A stretch of 64,000 nucleotides of DNA, from NCBI GenBank assembly GCA_002104905.1, contig MCFE01000125.1, positions 97,230 to 161,229 on the forward strand. Direction: 5' to 3'. The translations under genes were made by a program, and so were the position numbers. The stretch comes from Basidiobolus meristosporus CBS 931.73 (Eukaryota > Fungi > Basidiobolomycota). The notes beneath the pieces were generated by a model, which was not told where the DNA came from, searched no databases, and was given only the letters and a program-made list of their open reading frames with translations. Numbering within the stretch: position 1 is the first letter of the stretch; the number at the start of each line of letters is the position of its first letter. Positions 25,653 through 39,229 of the stretch are shown in pieces.

Positions 25653-27166
25653 ATGCTTCAGTTCCCCAAGCGCTTGTGTGTAAGAGCGGCACCACTCGCC
25701 CGCTCCTTCTCGAGCTTCAGCCCAGTGTGCACCTACACCAGCCGGATCGTGGGCGCGCCCAATTCCTTGGAGTATAGAGTTTACTGTGGTAGGTGGGGTT
25801 CAGCAAGGCGTTTGGTTGAACATAGGTTAACGAGCATCCGGGGAACTTTTAGAGAAAGACGGGAAGGTTATCTCCCCGTTTCACGACATTCCACTGTTCG
25901 CCAACGAGAAGGCCAAGACGGTGAACATGGTGGTGGAGATCCCGCGCTGGACCAACGCCAAACTCGAGGTAGAGCAAGCATTCACGTTCGAGGGAAACCC
26001 CCGTCTAAAAACCGGTCGCCGTTTCCATACATTAGATGTCGCTAGGTCAACCCTTGAACCCCATCAAGCAGGACGTCAAGAAAGGAAACCTGAGGTTCGT
26101 TCGAAATTGCTTCCCACACAAAGGGTACATCTGGAACTACGGCGCCCTACCCCAGGTTTGTATGGATGCCTCGGCAGCTCTTGTGTATCCCACGCTGAGC
26201 ATTTTGTTACGGGTAGACTTGGGAGGACCCAACGCACGTACATTCCGAGACCAAGGCCAAGGGAGACAACGATCCCATTGATTTCCTCGAAATCGGCCAG
26301 AAGATCGGCCATACCGGGGAGGTCAAGGAGGTCAAGGTGTTGGGAGTGATGGCCCTGCTGGACGAAGGTTGGTGGATCCCACAGAATTGCCCGTTGTCGC
26401 GACCCCCCTCCCACTAAACAACATTCACCCAGGCGAAACGGACTGGAAGGTCATCGGGATCGATGTCAAGGATCCATTGGCTGACAAGTGTAACGGTAGG
26501 TGTTGATCGGTCAGATTTAGGAGGAATCCCCGTTGAACATTCATGAATATGCCTAGATCTGGAGGATGTGAAAGAGCATTTCCCGGGGTTGATCGAGTCC
26601 ACCCGAGAATGGTTCCGTATCTACAAGATGCCCGATGGAAAGCCCGAGAACCAGTTCGCCTTTGATGGAGAGGTCAAGAACAAGGTAGAGCGTGGACCGG
26701 CTCAACACCAATCCTTTGATAGACACTAATGTTGCACGGCAAGGATTACGCGCTGGAAGTTATTCACGACACCCACCAGGCATGGAGAGACCTCGTCAAG
26801 GGCAACATCCCCGCCCAGACCGGAACTCTCGACATATCCTTGTAAGTGGGGCATATGCCATCCTCCGTAGGGGACAACATGTATTGACTTTTCTTAGGGC
26901 AAACACCACCCTCAACAACGATAACACATTGGCCATCCATGACGACGCCTACAAAGCTATCCCTCAGGTACGGTGCAGCATGATGTAGTGCTTATTGAGA
27001 GGTCCTCGCACTCACCCTTTGTAATGTAGCACTCCCCGTTGCCCGCCAAACCAATCGACTCATCAGGTAAGTGATGGATTGTGTATCCCGGGAGATGTGC
27101 ATCTGGTGATTAATTAACGGCTTATTAGTGGACAAATGGTTCTTCATCCCGGGTAAATCGTTGTAA
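25653..27166 (+). CDS. IPP1: Family I inorganic pyrophosphatase with N-terminal mitochondrial-type presequence (multi-exon)
   Basis: [73 protein letters not shown] and final exon [12 protein letters not shown]. Confidence 0.93.
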
Positions 27167-27429
27167 CTCAACCGCATGCATCAAATAAAATCCCCCCAGA
27201 ATCGCATTCATTTTAAACGATTTTCGTTGATTTTGATGGATTTATTGTTGACTCCAGGTGAACAAGGATTCTTGTCCAATGGTACGTGTAGATATGTACA
27301 TGGGATTTCTGGTATGAATCATTGAATACATCAAATGAAAGCGTGCGTGTATGAGTGGAGTCCATATCGGGGGCAGTTGGTTCAGAAGGAAACCAGCAGG
27401 GGGATTACTTGGGGGATAAAGTAAGGCCT

Positions 27430-29545
27430 CTAAACACCACCACCACTTCTCTCGGTGGGGATTTGTCTTCCGTAAGACACATCCGAGCCCTCCTTAGGCT
27501 GGGCATCCGATGCGGCGTACTCGGCAGGCAATCCCATGGTCTTCAAGAAGTTGAATGATTCCTTGTATTCCTTTTCCTTGCGTGCCTCGTCCCAGTTCAA
27601 CTCCTGCGCCATGATCTCGATCACGCGTGGTAGTGACTCCAAGGCAGCATGGGCATTCAGGAAAGCCAATCGAGTACGACGTGCAAGCACGTCTACTGCA
27701 GTGCAGGCATACTCATTGCGAACGGCGTAGACGATTTCCGCCTCGATATATGGGTAAAGGTGACTCAAACGATGGCCAACCTTAGGGTAAGCCTTGTCGG
27801 TGCGCTCAGCAAGGGCGGCTACGCCCCAGGCACGATCACCATAGCTGGATGCCAAGTGTTGAGCCACATCAGTCTCCAATCCGAAGTGCTGGATCAAGCG
27901 GATGAACATGGTGTTACTATAGCCATGAGAGCCCAAAAGCTTGGTGGTCTCGGTAACACAATCAGAGGCAGGCTTCAAGTCCAGAACCTCCACGGCCTTG
28001 TCAATGGTTTCCTTGGCCATAGCTCTGTAGGTAGTCCACTTGCCTCCAGCAATGGTAACGAGATTGCTGTCGCTGACATTGATCATGTGGTTACGAACAA
28101 GAGAGGCGGTGTTCTTGCTAGATGGGTCACGCACGAGTGGACGAATGCCAGACCAGGCAGCCAAAACATCACTACGACGGACCTTCACATCAGAGCTCAA
28201 GTATCTCTGAACCTCCTCCAAGATCCATGAGATCTCCTCCTCTTGTGCCAATGGGTTGGCGGTCACTTCAGTCTTCGAGTCGGTGGTACCGGCAATCACA
28301 TTTCCTTGCCATGGGAGGAAGAAAATGACGCGGCCATCGGAAGTAGCAGGGTCTAAGAGTCCCATATTCTGAGGGCTGTAGTAGTTGGGAAGGATGATGT
28401 GAACACCAGCACTAGGAGCGACGATCTCAGCCTCATGGGGCTCATCCATCTTACGAAGACCATCGGTAAACGGGCCTGTGGCGTTGATTACACCCTTGGC
28501 CTTCACGGTCCATTCCTCACCGGTGAAGGTATCCCTCACCACTGCACCACGGACAATTTCTTTGTTTTTGTCTTCTGGAGAAGGCTCCTTCACAAGGCTA
28601 ACAACCTCGACGTGGTTGGCAACTACTGCACCATGAGCGGCAGCTGTGAGAGCGAGGACTACGTTCATTCTAGAATCGTTATGCTGGCCATCATAGTAGA
28701 CCAAAGCTCCGACCAAGTTTTCCTCCTTCAACATGGGGAAGGCCTCTAAAGCCTTGCTCTTGCCAAGAACATAACTGCTCTCTAATTTCTCTTTCCCAGC
28801 AAAGAGATCGTAGAACTTGCACCCGACCCAGTAGTATGGGATTTGCCACCATCTAACAAAAAAATGGTCAGTTGAGCACGATACAGACAGGCGTGCAGGT
28901 GATATGAAGGCCAACTTACTTATATACGGGCAACATGATTGGAAGTTGAGAGCTCAGGTAAGGAGCAATCTTCAAGAAAGTGGCTCTTTCGTGGAGAGCT
29001 TCAGTCACGAGTTTGTACTGCTCGTAGTCAAGCTCCATAAAGGCTTTTTCAAGGTAGCGAACACCACCATGGACCAGTTTAGTGGATCTAGAAGAAGTAC
29101 CTACAAACGATATCATGTTAGCTAGGCTTCACTGGGTTACCACAATAGTTTACTTACCTGAAGCGAAATCGTCACGCTCAACCAAAGCAACCTTCAGTCC
29201 TCTAGTAGCGGCGTCTAAAGCTGCGCCAGTTCCGGTGGCACCACCACCAACGATTAATAGATCAAAGGGGGGCTCGCTTTGCTCGGCCTTGGGTCGCTCT
29301 GAACCGTCCTTTTGAAGACCCTTCAGCTGGTTGATGACTTCCTTACGATTGGGAGGTGACCAGAAGGTCTTGGGTCTATTGGGGTCAACGTCATTCAAGG
29401 CAAGAGGCTGCGCGTCGGAGTAGACCTGTGTAAAGAATGGTGCTCTAGCTTTCTTCTGGTTGAGGTAATAAAGAGAGGTAGCAGCGGCACCAGTGGCTAC
29501 AATAGAGCCACAAAGGTAGGGTTTACTTCTCAAACGAGCCCACAT
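27430..29545 (-). CDS. GUT2: Mitochondrial FAD glycerol-3-phosphate dehydrogenase (3 exons)
   Basis: [59 protein letters not shown] and [11 protein letters not shown]. Confidence 0.95.
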
Positions 29546-30972
29546 AAACAAGATTCAAAATAAAGGGTTTGATGAGTGACGAAAGTCAATCACAATGCTT
29601 ATATATGTACAAAAAATCCAGCATTGTGCTACACAAAAACAAAGCAGCCGCGTTAGTCTCGTCAACCCCACATCGCACGTGAAAATGATTGCTTATCATA
29701 TTGATGTAATGTGCTCAAATTTACCATGGCTGAAACCGGTATTTAACCCGGTATCTATGAAATAGCAACCACTTTCCCAACGTACTGTTAAGTATAGATC
29801 TGGTCAGAGTGTAGCATTGGCAGCGACATGAAGTTTGCCAGTGCGAAGAACTTGTGTCCCGGTTTTTATCGTATATCTCTGACTCAACGTATGGTCTGTG
29901 TATTCTGCACAACCAGTTACCTTGGTCACCACGCGCATTATTTCACACTGTCGGTTTGACACGATAACCCCTTGGGCAGTCAGGGTGCCACTATCGACAA
30001 CTGTTTAGTCAATATGAGACAAATGGCCAATTTGGTCGGGCTGAACCTACCAATATCCTTTATAACCTGTTGTGGGGATTGTGGAAACTCGGGTTCAGCG
30101 GCAAGTGAATTGGTCGGTTGAAGGATACCGTTTGATGCAAGTAATTTGAGATGGCCGCTGATTACCAGAATTGGAATCCAGAATTGGGATGTCTAGAAGG
30201 CTCACCTACTCTGATCGGAGTACTTCCCTAGAATTGCTTAATGCAGATTTACTAGACAAATACCCCTATTGGTGGAGTGACAAACTAGGAAGCCATGAAT
30301 GTGGAGAAGACAGCTTCTATGGTTATATACGATGGCAGCGGAACGATTCTATTTCCGAGGCGGCTTGGTTTCATCTTCTGGTTAGCAAATGGTCCTATAT
30401 ATGGAAGAGTAAGAGGGCTTTATATCATGTATTAACTATGTGGCACTGGCTGAGGAACAAACAATTTGGGAGTATGTTGATCGGTATTACAAGATATACA
30501 TGTAATTTATACACGTAATATATACATGCTAGGGTGAAGGGTATGTTCATTATATGCCAAGGTGAGAATCATTTACTGGGAAGTCGGGCCAACCATACGA
30601 AAGTCCTGTCCAAAAGGATATATTAAGGAGGGTTCATACACAATCATCATCAACACTTTTATCAGCCAATCTGATATATATGTCTTACCCCACTCCCACA
30701 TCGTTGGGGAGGTACAAAAATAGCCAAAATAGCCGTATCTTGTAATATCAGTTTCTGCTTACGTGAGAAGTTTCTGCCACGTTGATTATAGCAATGGTTT
30801 ATGAAGATATACTCATCGTTAGCGCCGATGTATTTAATCAAAATGACGGTGGTTGGTGTAATGAATGCAAAGCCTAATCGGGGATGTCTCACAGTTGTTT
30901 ATTTACTGGTTTAGAAAGGATTAAAATACAGGTAGCAATGTGTACAGGATGGTGATTAGAAATGTAGACGCT

Positions 30973-32235
30973 TCAGGCAGTGGCTTCGGTAAAAGCGGGT
31001 TCTTGATATGTAGATAGAGGGACAGAGGGTAGTGAGGGGGTAGACAGATGATCACTTGCAGAGAGGTCAAGGCTAAATGGCAAATTCTCGACAAATCTTT
31101 CGAATTGAAGGTTCAAGTGCGCAATCTCAGGGAGATTCTCAAGACATGAATCCTCCCGGAATAAGTGAAGATACGTATCGGTGCCATACCCTTCCATTGA
31201 GACGACATTCAAATCACCGCCGAAGTAACGTGCAGTTAGTCTAGCCAAAGGCAAACCGTGCCCGAAACCTGACAACGGCCGATCTACGTAATCATTCACC
31301 TCCCCACTAATCTGAACCGAGTCATCGCCTTGAGGCTCAGAATAAACGTAACTCCACAGACGGGGCATTGCCGACAGAGGAATACCTCCGCCTTGATCTG
31401 AAAGCTTGAAGGAAACATCCTCCCCACCGTCGGCCATGATCAATTTCAATGGTGGCAATGTTTGCTCGGAACTGTGAAACTCTACTGTGGCGCGAAGAGA
31501 ATTTTTCAAGATTTCGAAGAGAATTCGATGAAGATGTTCCTCGATATAAAGCGCATTGATAGACTCCAATCCGCTGTAGATTTTCACCTCAGGCGCTTCA
31601 CGCCCAAAGTGATTCGCACACACTTTTCTAGCATCATCAATAGCCCGTTTAGCAATAGTCATGGGGGAGATGTTGCGAACAAGGTTTCTACCCCGGTCGT
31701 GCAAATTCAAATGCTCTCCCAGCAACAATCTTGTGCCAAGATTCAATGTGTAAAATGAGTCAAAGAATTTCTGGAATTTCTTTGCATGAAGATCACAGGG
31801 TTTTAGATTGTTCTCTTGGAGGAGTTCTCTCAATCCCTGACCTACACTTAGTACCCTACTGGTATGCCGTTTTTGAATGTACTTCATCACATCGGTGAAG
31901 TCGTCCACTTGTTTAGCGGTTTTAGGTTTGGGTATTTGAGATAGGGTGCCGATATCTTCGAGATGCTCATACGTGATGCGACGAAATGTAGGTAGGCCGC
32001 ACATTTCATAGGGAAGCTCATGGGAATTTAACATTTTAACACTTTGGGCAAGTCGAATGGGTAGTTCCTGATGCAGAAATTGGGTAGGAATCAATAAAGC
32101 AAGTGGGTCTTTCCGCTCCAGCAATCTACTTCCCAATGTGAACATCTGCTTCAGGGAAACCCGTGTAGCTTTAGAAGAGGCGTACTTTAGGATAGCATCT
32201 TTAGGGAGGGATTTCAAGCTATATGTTGGAAGCAT
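30973..32235 (-). CDS. Mitochondrial alpha-ketoacid dehydrogenase kinase (PDK/BCKDK family), single exon
   Basis: ELPIRLA, N-box FEILKNSLRAT, G1 SDQGGGIP and G2 GFGHGLPLARLTARYFGGDL. Confidence 0.9.
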   Translation of the reverse strand: MLPTYSLKSLPKDAILKYASSKATRVSLKQMFTLGSRLLERKDPLALLIPTQFLHQELPIRLAQSVKMLNSHELPYEMCGLPTFRRITYEHLEDIGTLSQIPKPKTAKQVDDFTDVMKYIQKRHTSRVLSVGQGLRELLQENNLKPCDLHAKKFQKFFDSFYTLNLGTRLLLGEHLNLHDRGRNLVRNISPMTIAKRAIDDARKVCANHFGREAPEVKIYSGLESINALYIEEHLHRILFEILKNSLRATVEFHSSEQTLPPLKLIMADGGEDVSFKLSDQGGGIPLSAMPRLWSYVYSEPQGDDSVQISGEVNDYVDRPLSGFGHGLPLARLTARYFGGDLNVVSMEGYGTDTYLHLFREDSCLENLPEIAHLNLQFERFVENLPFSLDLSASDHLSTPSLPSVPLSTYQEPAFTEATA

Positions 32236-33031
32236 TGTTTTCGTCGTATAGAGCCCACACTATGTGTTGTACCTGGGTTTTGGAGCTAAGGGATCAAGAA
32301 GCTGGAGCCAATTCTTTTCTGGAAAGATGTAGAAAGTGAATAAACTGGATGAAGGATGGCAAAGCCACGAAGGGTTTCCAAGAGATTTTATGTGCCTGAA
32401 TCTGAGACAATCACATGAACTTGACAACTGTAAGTAACACAACAACTACAACTACCGAAGTGAGCTCAGATGACCAAGGATGTCAATCGAAGTCAGCACA
32501 TATGCTGTATGCTGCCAGAGGGATTTGATTGGCTCTTTCTCGACTCATGACAAGTGGAAATCCCAAGAGATGAGCTACCTCAAACATCCGAAGTGATCAA
32601 TTCCAGCAGTATCCCGAATGATGGAACCGCCTGAACCAATGAAGGGTATTATTCCACCTACTAAGCTTTGGCTTGGGCAACGAAAAATATCGGAGAAATG
32701 CCGGCAAGTGGAGCATACATGAGATGACGATCTTTTTATTTACCGAATATTCACGGAGCTGAAAGGGTGTGGGAAGGCGCAAAGTGGACGGAGTTCTGTT
32801 GAGGATTCACAGTGACCGGAGTCTAGATGTGGAATTTATCCGGTGTGAGAACGGCATCATATGCATAGAGTTTGATTTACTTTATTTCGAAGAGGATTAG
32901 GGGACGAGAAAATGATCAATTGTGCTGAGACTGGGAACAAAAAGACGGGGACCATTAAAGAAATAGAAATATTTGGTTGTGGTCAATGTATGTAGGTATG
33001 CGCATGGATGTAGATTCGATTAAGAGTGGAC

Positions 33032-34729
33032 CTAAGCATCTTGAGAATCGAGAACTCCCTTGCCGCTTTGCTTTTGCTTGCGATCACGTTGGTAGAATTC
33101 GGCAAGAGTCTTTTGAGGAATACGATTAAGCAACTCCTTGGGGAAGATACGTAGAAGAGACCAAGCATGGTCAAGAGACTCGTAAATGGTTCTCGATTCG
33201 TAGTGGCCTTGGGCAATGAATGTCTTCTCAAATTTATCCAAGAACTCCAAGGAAAGCTTATCTTCTTGGTTAAGGGCTTCTTCACCAACGACAGCCTTCA
33301 TGGCAGCGGCATCACGACCAATGGCGTACTTGGCGTACAATTGGTTGGACACATCACCGTGATCCTTACGAGTCATACCCTCACCGATAGCTGATTTCAT
33401 GAGACGAGAAAGGGATGGCAACACGTTGATGGGTGGGTAGATCTGACGGTTGTGAAGTTGACGATCAACGTAGATTTGTCCCTCGGTAATGTAGCCGGTC
33501 AAATCGGGAATGGGATGGGTAATATCATCGTTAGGCATGGTCAAGATGGGAATTTGGGTGATGGAGCCGTTTCTTCCCTCAACACGACCGGCACGCTCGT
33601 AGATGGTGGACAAATCTGTGTACATATAACCGGGGTAACCACGACGTCCAGGAACTTCTTCTCTGGCTGCGGAGACTTCACGTAAAGCATCGGCGTAAGA
33701 GGACATATCGGTCAAAATAACCAACACGTGCTTCTCAAGTTGGTAGGCGTAGTATTCAGCAGTGGTCAATGCCAATCTGGGGGTAATGATACGTTCGATG
33801 GTAGGATCATTGGCAAGATTGAGGAAGAGTGTTACACGCTCAATAGAACCATTCTCTTCGAAGTCTTGCTTGAAGAAACGAGCAGTTTCCATATTGACAC
33901 CCATGGCGGCGAAGACAATGGCGAAGTTGTCTTCGTGTCCATCGTGAACATCCTTGGTAGGCTTCTTGACCAAACCGGCCTGTCTACAAATCTGTGCCGC
34001 AACTTCATTGTGGGGCAAACCAGCTGCTGAGAAAATAGGAATCTTCTGACCACGAGCAATGGAGTTCATGGTGTCAATGGCGGAAATACCAGTTTGGATC
34101 ATTTCTTCGGGATAAATACGAGAGAATGGATTGATGGGAGAACCCTCAATATCCAAGAACTCTTCGGCAAACACCTTGGGTCCTTTGTCGATACTCTTAC
34201 CAGAGCCGTTGAAAATACGACCCAACATGTCCTCAGAGACGGGCATCTTAAGAGTATCTCCGGTGAACTCTACATGAGTAGCACGAGCGTCGACACCAGC
34301 AGTACCTTCGAACACCTATCAACCGTGTGGACAAATTTAGCAGATGGATAGAAAGCAGCACCCAAAGATGGCACATACCTGCACGACAGCTCTTTTTCCC
34401 TGAACTTCTAACACTTGGCCTGAACGCTTGGTACCATCAGGCAGAGTAAGCTCTACGATTTCAGCGAATTTAGGGAACTTTGAAGAAGTGTTTAGTCAGG
34501 AGCCCAACCGGGAAATAACGTACAAAAAGGTACCTTGACGTTATCAAGAATAACCAGAGGACCGTTGACACCAGCAACAGTTCTGTAGTCTAAACATCTC
34601 ACAATTAGCTAGGGAGCACGCAAAAGTAGCAAGAGGACGTTTACCTAAACGCGGTTGTAAGCTGTAGTTTCTTGTAACAGCGGCTGCGTGGATAGAGGCA
34701 GCTTCTCTCTCAGTGATTCTGGGATCCAT
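33032..34729 (-). CDS. VMA2: V-type H+-ATPase subunit B (multi-exon)
   Basis: [63 protein letters not shown] and [16 protein letters not shown]. Confidence 0.97.
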
Positions 34730-35810
34730 CTCAGGGTAAAGAAAGGAAGAGGAGAGTGTGGTATGGAAGAGGGGCGAGGTTACAAGATTTCAAGTCCTCA
34801 CACAGATCAAATAAAGGGAAAATTACAACGGCTAGGACGCATTATTGAATAGGTTTACCAAAATTGAGTAGATTTTTGGCAGGGACCCATGTCTAGATTC
34901 GACAAATCCAGGATTAAAGAGAAGAGATGATTGGCTGCTCAGCAAGCAGGTATATAACACGAAGCATTCAAATATACGGTCGACTCCACACTGGAAAGTT
35001 CTAATTGAATTTCAAATAAAAGTTAAATTTCTCTGTGCTTGGTTCCACATAGAAGCATTCCCTTTCTGAAAGTAAAATGGCCAAAAAGCCAGGCATTCAC
35101 AGCGTGTCTACGCAAATGTTGAGCATTAAGACAAATGTGGCGAAGGTGAGAAGTCATGGAGATTTATGCTGGGTGGGACCAATCGGAGGCAAAGATTATC
35201 TCTCACCTTGTATCTTGAGCTACAGCGGAACAGGCAAACGAAACTAGGTGGCATTATGTCCCAGAAATTTTCGTTGCTGAGGTGACAAACACTAGGCCTG
35301 CCCGACAGATGCTACACAAAAGAAATGCTAATTACGTTTAGGTTGTGGCCGCTGGTTCTAAAACAAGCAATACAACCCAAAATTGCTTTTACACCGACGG
35401 GCGTCGCTCCAATCAGGGTGGATGTAAGGTTGGCAAGTTTCTGTATTGGTTGCACTACAAGCAAATCCAAACCAGTTTACTCTGCGGGCGATATCTATAC
35501 GATCATCCATTGATTTGCCATTCACCACATTACCACAATTTTCCCATCCCTAACCGCCAAGTAATTGGTCCGAATAACCATGGATTTAACGGAAGATGAA
35601 TGCTGGGAATTGGTGGACTCAAGGTTGGATACATTAAGTGCGGCTTAAATGTCATATATTTCTTCTTTTCTACGAGTGGATGGGAGTCACTCATTTATAT
35701 ACAGTAACAAACTCTATTTAGGGGAATCAGTGGAGAATGGTTAAATGAAGCATTGATGGTGGTGGTATCGGGGGTCAGGATTAATCAGACATTGTTTGAG
35801 TATTGCCGCC

Positions 35811-36985
35811 TTAAAGCAGCCCTGAGCTGGAGGTGCTTTGTCCGTGCGGCTCCTCGTCATCCCAACCAGGCTTTCGCAAGGATTTACGATAGGTCTCGGC
35901 AATTAGCTTGGCCTCATTCTCCGTCAATCCGGATGTCTGGCCATCGAAGCCTCTCGGCGCACTGCCAGATAATGAGGTGGTGGACTGATTTGGGAATCCC
36001 CTGGCGCTTACCAGCGGGTTCGCCGAGTTGGCAGTTTGACCACTGGTGGCGGTGCCCATTGTCCCGGGATTAAGGATATTGGGTGATCGATTTACAACCT
36101 TCTCGTTGCCAGTAACTAGCTGGTTGGTACGGTTCCGGCGCCTAATCAAGAAGAATGCAAGAGTATGGCAGAGTTAAGGACGCTACGATATTTGTCTAAT
36201 CTAAACCGATCCCAACTATACACAGACGAAAGGATATATTCCAACGGCCAATGCACCCAGGATACTCCCAACAATGATCCCGATGGTTCTTCCCGACACA
36301 CCGTTTGAGCTATCAAAATTGGCTAGAGGGACGTATGTCCCGCTTGAGGATACCATCGTGAGAGTGCTGCTCACTGTGACAACAAGGGTGGTAACGATGG
36401 CAGTGCCAGCGCCGGCTGTGGGGGATGGACTTGTTATACTATCTGATCAGACCCAGCAGCGTGAATAATACAACTCGAAGCAATCACTCGCGCATGTTCC
36501 TTACCATGGATTCTGAATATTGGACCAGCCGAGGAGCTCTCTGCCACGTCTCCTTGCGAGACAACGTTGAACCGAAACCACCTAATAAGATTGGGTCCAG
36601 ATATCCCGGTTGGGACATTTGGAAAATAGTCTGGAGTTACAGTGATCGTCAGGGTTCCAGAGTTGTCGTAGGCAAGCCAATCTTTAAAAGGTAGTCGAGT
36701 GTCGCTCATATCGTAGAGATATATATCAACCTTGGGCTTCATCGGCAATGTGCCATAATTTCTATTCCAACTTAAAGTGTAGGTACTTCCCACCTCCCAT
36801 GTCTCATTAAAGGTGGGTGAACAGTAGCGCGAAGCAATGCAATCGGCGGCTGAAGGATGAACATAACATTAACATTTTGCGATCCTATAAGTTGAAAACT
36901 AGTTGGTACCGGCAGCAATAGGATCGGCGAGCGCAAAGAGGGCCAATATAATCAGAGAGAGTCGGAGGGCTTTTGTTTCATATAG
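35811..36985 (-). CDS. Uncharacterised single-pass membrane protein (multi-exon, 5' end uncertain)
   Basis: The extracellular beta-rich segment includes LSWN, DIYLYD and FRI. A Thr-rich linker, a hydrophobic helix ending LIRRRNR and a cytoplasmic tail AETYRKSLRKPGW follow. Confidence 0.5.
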
Positions 36986-37417
36986 GACCATTATAATAAG
37001 GAAAGAGAAAACAACAAGGCAATTGCAGAAGAGAAAGGATTATAGCATACGACGAGGGTATATTGGGTATGTTGCAGAAAAAAGCACGTCGAGGCGACTG
37101 ATGAGACGATAACCGAAATTCCAAAATACAAGCTTTAACTCAGGTCGATTGGAAATTCTCAGCAAAATCTTTTAATATGAGGTTAAATATAAATGGATTC
37201 GTTAAGGAAAGACGCCCTAAAAATGGCATGATTCCTCTACAGCGGCTGGCCAATCTCTTGACATTCTAAAATTACTTCAGCCCAATCGAGATCACATATT
37301 CTAGAAGCGCAGTGAACAGTGGCCGACCAATGGATGAACTGACAAATATACGGTGGCTTTTATAGGTTTGTAGGACACATCACATCGTTTATCCAGCAAG
37401 AAAGGAACAAGTAGATC

Positions 37418-38901
37418 TTACAAGGACGGCTTTTCTTGAATCCATTGGTACCACTCCTCCTCAGTTCTGCCGTGGAGAATACCAACTATCACCACGGTCA
37501 TGTTGTCACATCCGATCCCCCCAAGTTCGCTGTCGGCTGCTAGGCAGTGGTCCATTAGGCTTTCACAAACCTGAGCCAACGTTTGCTTCTCCGCTATCTT
37601 TTCTCTGACAAAGTCAATGACTTCCTGTGAGGTCAAGCAATCCCAAATACCTAGACGGCATCTGGCTTTAGTGGCAAATTTTCATTCGAGAGCCAGCGAT
37701 TAACTGTACCGTCGCACGCAAGAACAATGAACTCATCGTCAGGAGTGATGTCGTGAACCGCAACATCTGGGTTTGCTGCTCAAAGTTGCGTGAGTGATGG
37801 ATTGTCAGTCAGGAATGTAGCCCAACGTACCTGTCACAACCTGCTCCTCAGGATTTAACTTTAAATTCTGCTTAAACTCAAAATCACCGATGGCTCGTGA
37901 GAGGGCCAAGTTGCCTATTGTCGGATCCAGTCGTATTAGTGGATTTCTGCGAGCTGCACTATTCTCTACGTACCATTCACACGGCCAAATTCGACAAATC
38001 CGCCAGCAGCAACAATGCGGGCTGATTCACCTGATATCCTCCAAATTTTAGTCCCAAGAACTAGGCTACCAACGTGCAGAAGCACCAACCTTCGTTCACC
38101 GGTTTGTGATCCTCTGATAAGGCTTTGGCGTTTCCACCCACGGAGATCACTGCTCTGGAATCACCAGCGTTTCCCTAAGGAGAGGGGCAGGGTTAAGTTG
38201 GCTTCAGTCCTTGGTTGGTGACCACACTCTACTTACTACAAAGATCCTCTTGTCTGGAGTGATAAGTGCGGTTACAGCAGTGCAACCCGAGGAATCGTGT
38301 ATAAACTCTGGATCTGTCACGACATGACTAATTAGGTGAATGCTCATTTGGATGGATACATTCCATTCTAACCTCCTCTGAGGTCTGCGTCAGCACTCAG
38401 ATATCCATGTTTGACAGCTAAAGCGTAATCGCCTTGGATATAGGCTTCGTCTTTGACTATGTACTCGTGGAGTTGTTCACTGCTGTACTTTGCAGCACCT
38501 CGACCTGATAATGTAAACCTTAGTATTCACGGGTAGCTATATATATATATATTCCTATCGGCAATAAACCCAATACCGCCGTGACCGTCGAACACGCCAA
38601 AAAAGCTGGTGTCTTGTAGGTCTTTCAGTGTTAATAGAGTGGTGTGTGCGTCTTCCATGGCTTTAGGATTCGCGCGAGTAGATTAAGGAGTAATGATGTA
38701 GTTGCATATATTCGATTTCGTAGATCTATCTAACGGGCTTCCTTCTTCTGCTCTGAGAAAAGATAAAGGTTTGGGTTTACCCTGGCGAAAAAGGATACTG
38801 ACTCTCCAGCCTTGCATAGCAGAAGCACCATATATCAAACGATCATTGCCATCAAAGGTTGTGTGCTTCTCCACAATCGGTTCAGACAGGATTTGTCCCA
38901 T
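37418..38901 (-). CDS. PTC2: Protein phosphatase 2C, Ptc2/Ptc3 type (multi-exon)
   Basis: MGQILSEP...[40 protein letters not shown] and [12 protein letters not shown]. Confidence 0.92.
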
Positions 38902-39229
38902 GGTTATGTTTGTCTCGGACTAGAGAGGAGCTGAAATATTCGTTAAAAGCAGACAAGAATGTATCAAGTGCTAGCCAAAGGAAGATTCAACACAGCTTGC
39001 GGAAGAATATAACGAATATTGACTCGTATTTTGGCCACTTCTACCCCTCCCTTTGATAGTAATAACCCTAGGAATGCTATACGTGATCTCACTCACCAAA
39101 AAATATCTGCATTCAATACTCTCGAGAATCAGCCAATCAGCAATCGCCCATTGACTAACCCACCGTAATGTCAAAAACTGATGGGTGAACGTTGGATGAA
39201 TGGTCGATTATTACTCGCAATTTATTTTG

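Noticed and set aside
30171-30518. Trp-rich 115-aa ORF between GUT2 and the PDK kinase
   Set aside because: It starts at TTG and has no recognisable motif, so it is likely spurious.
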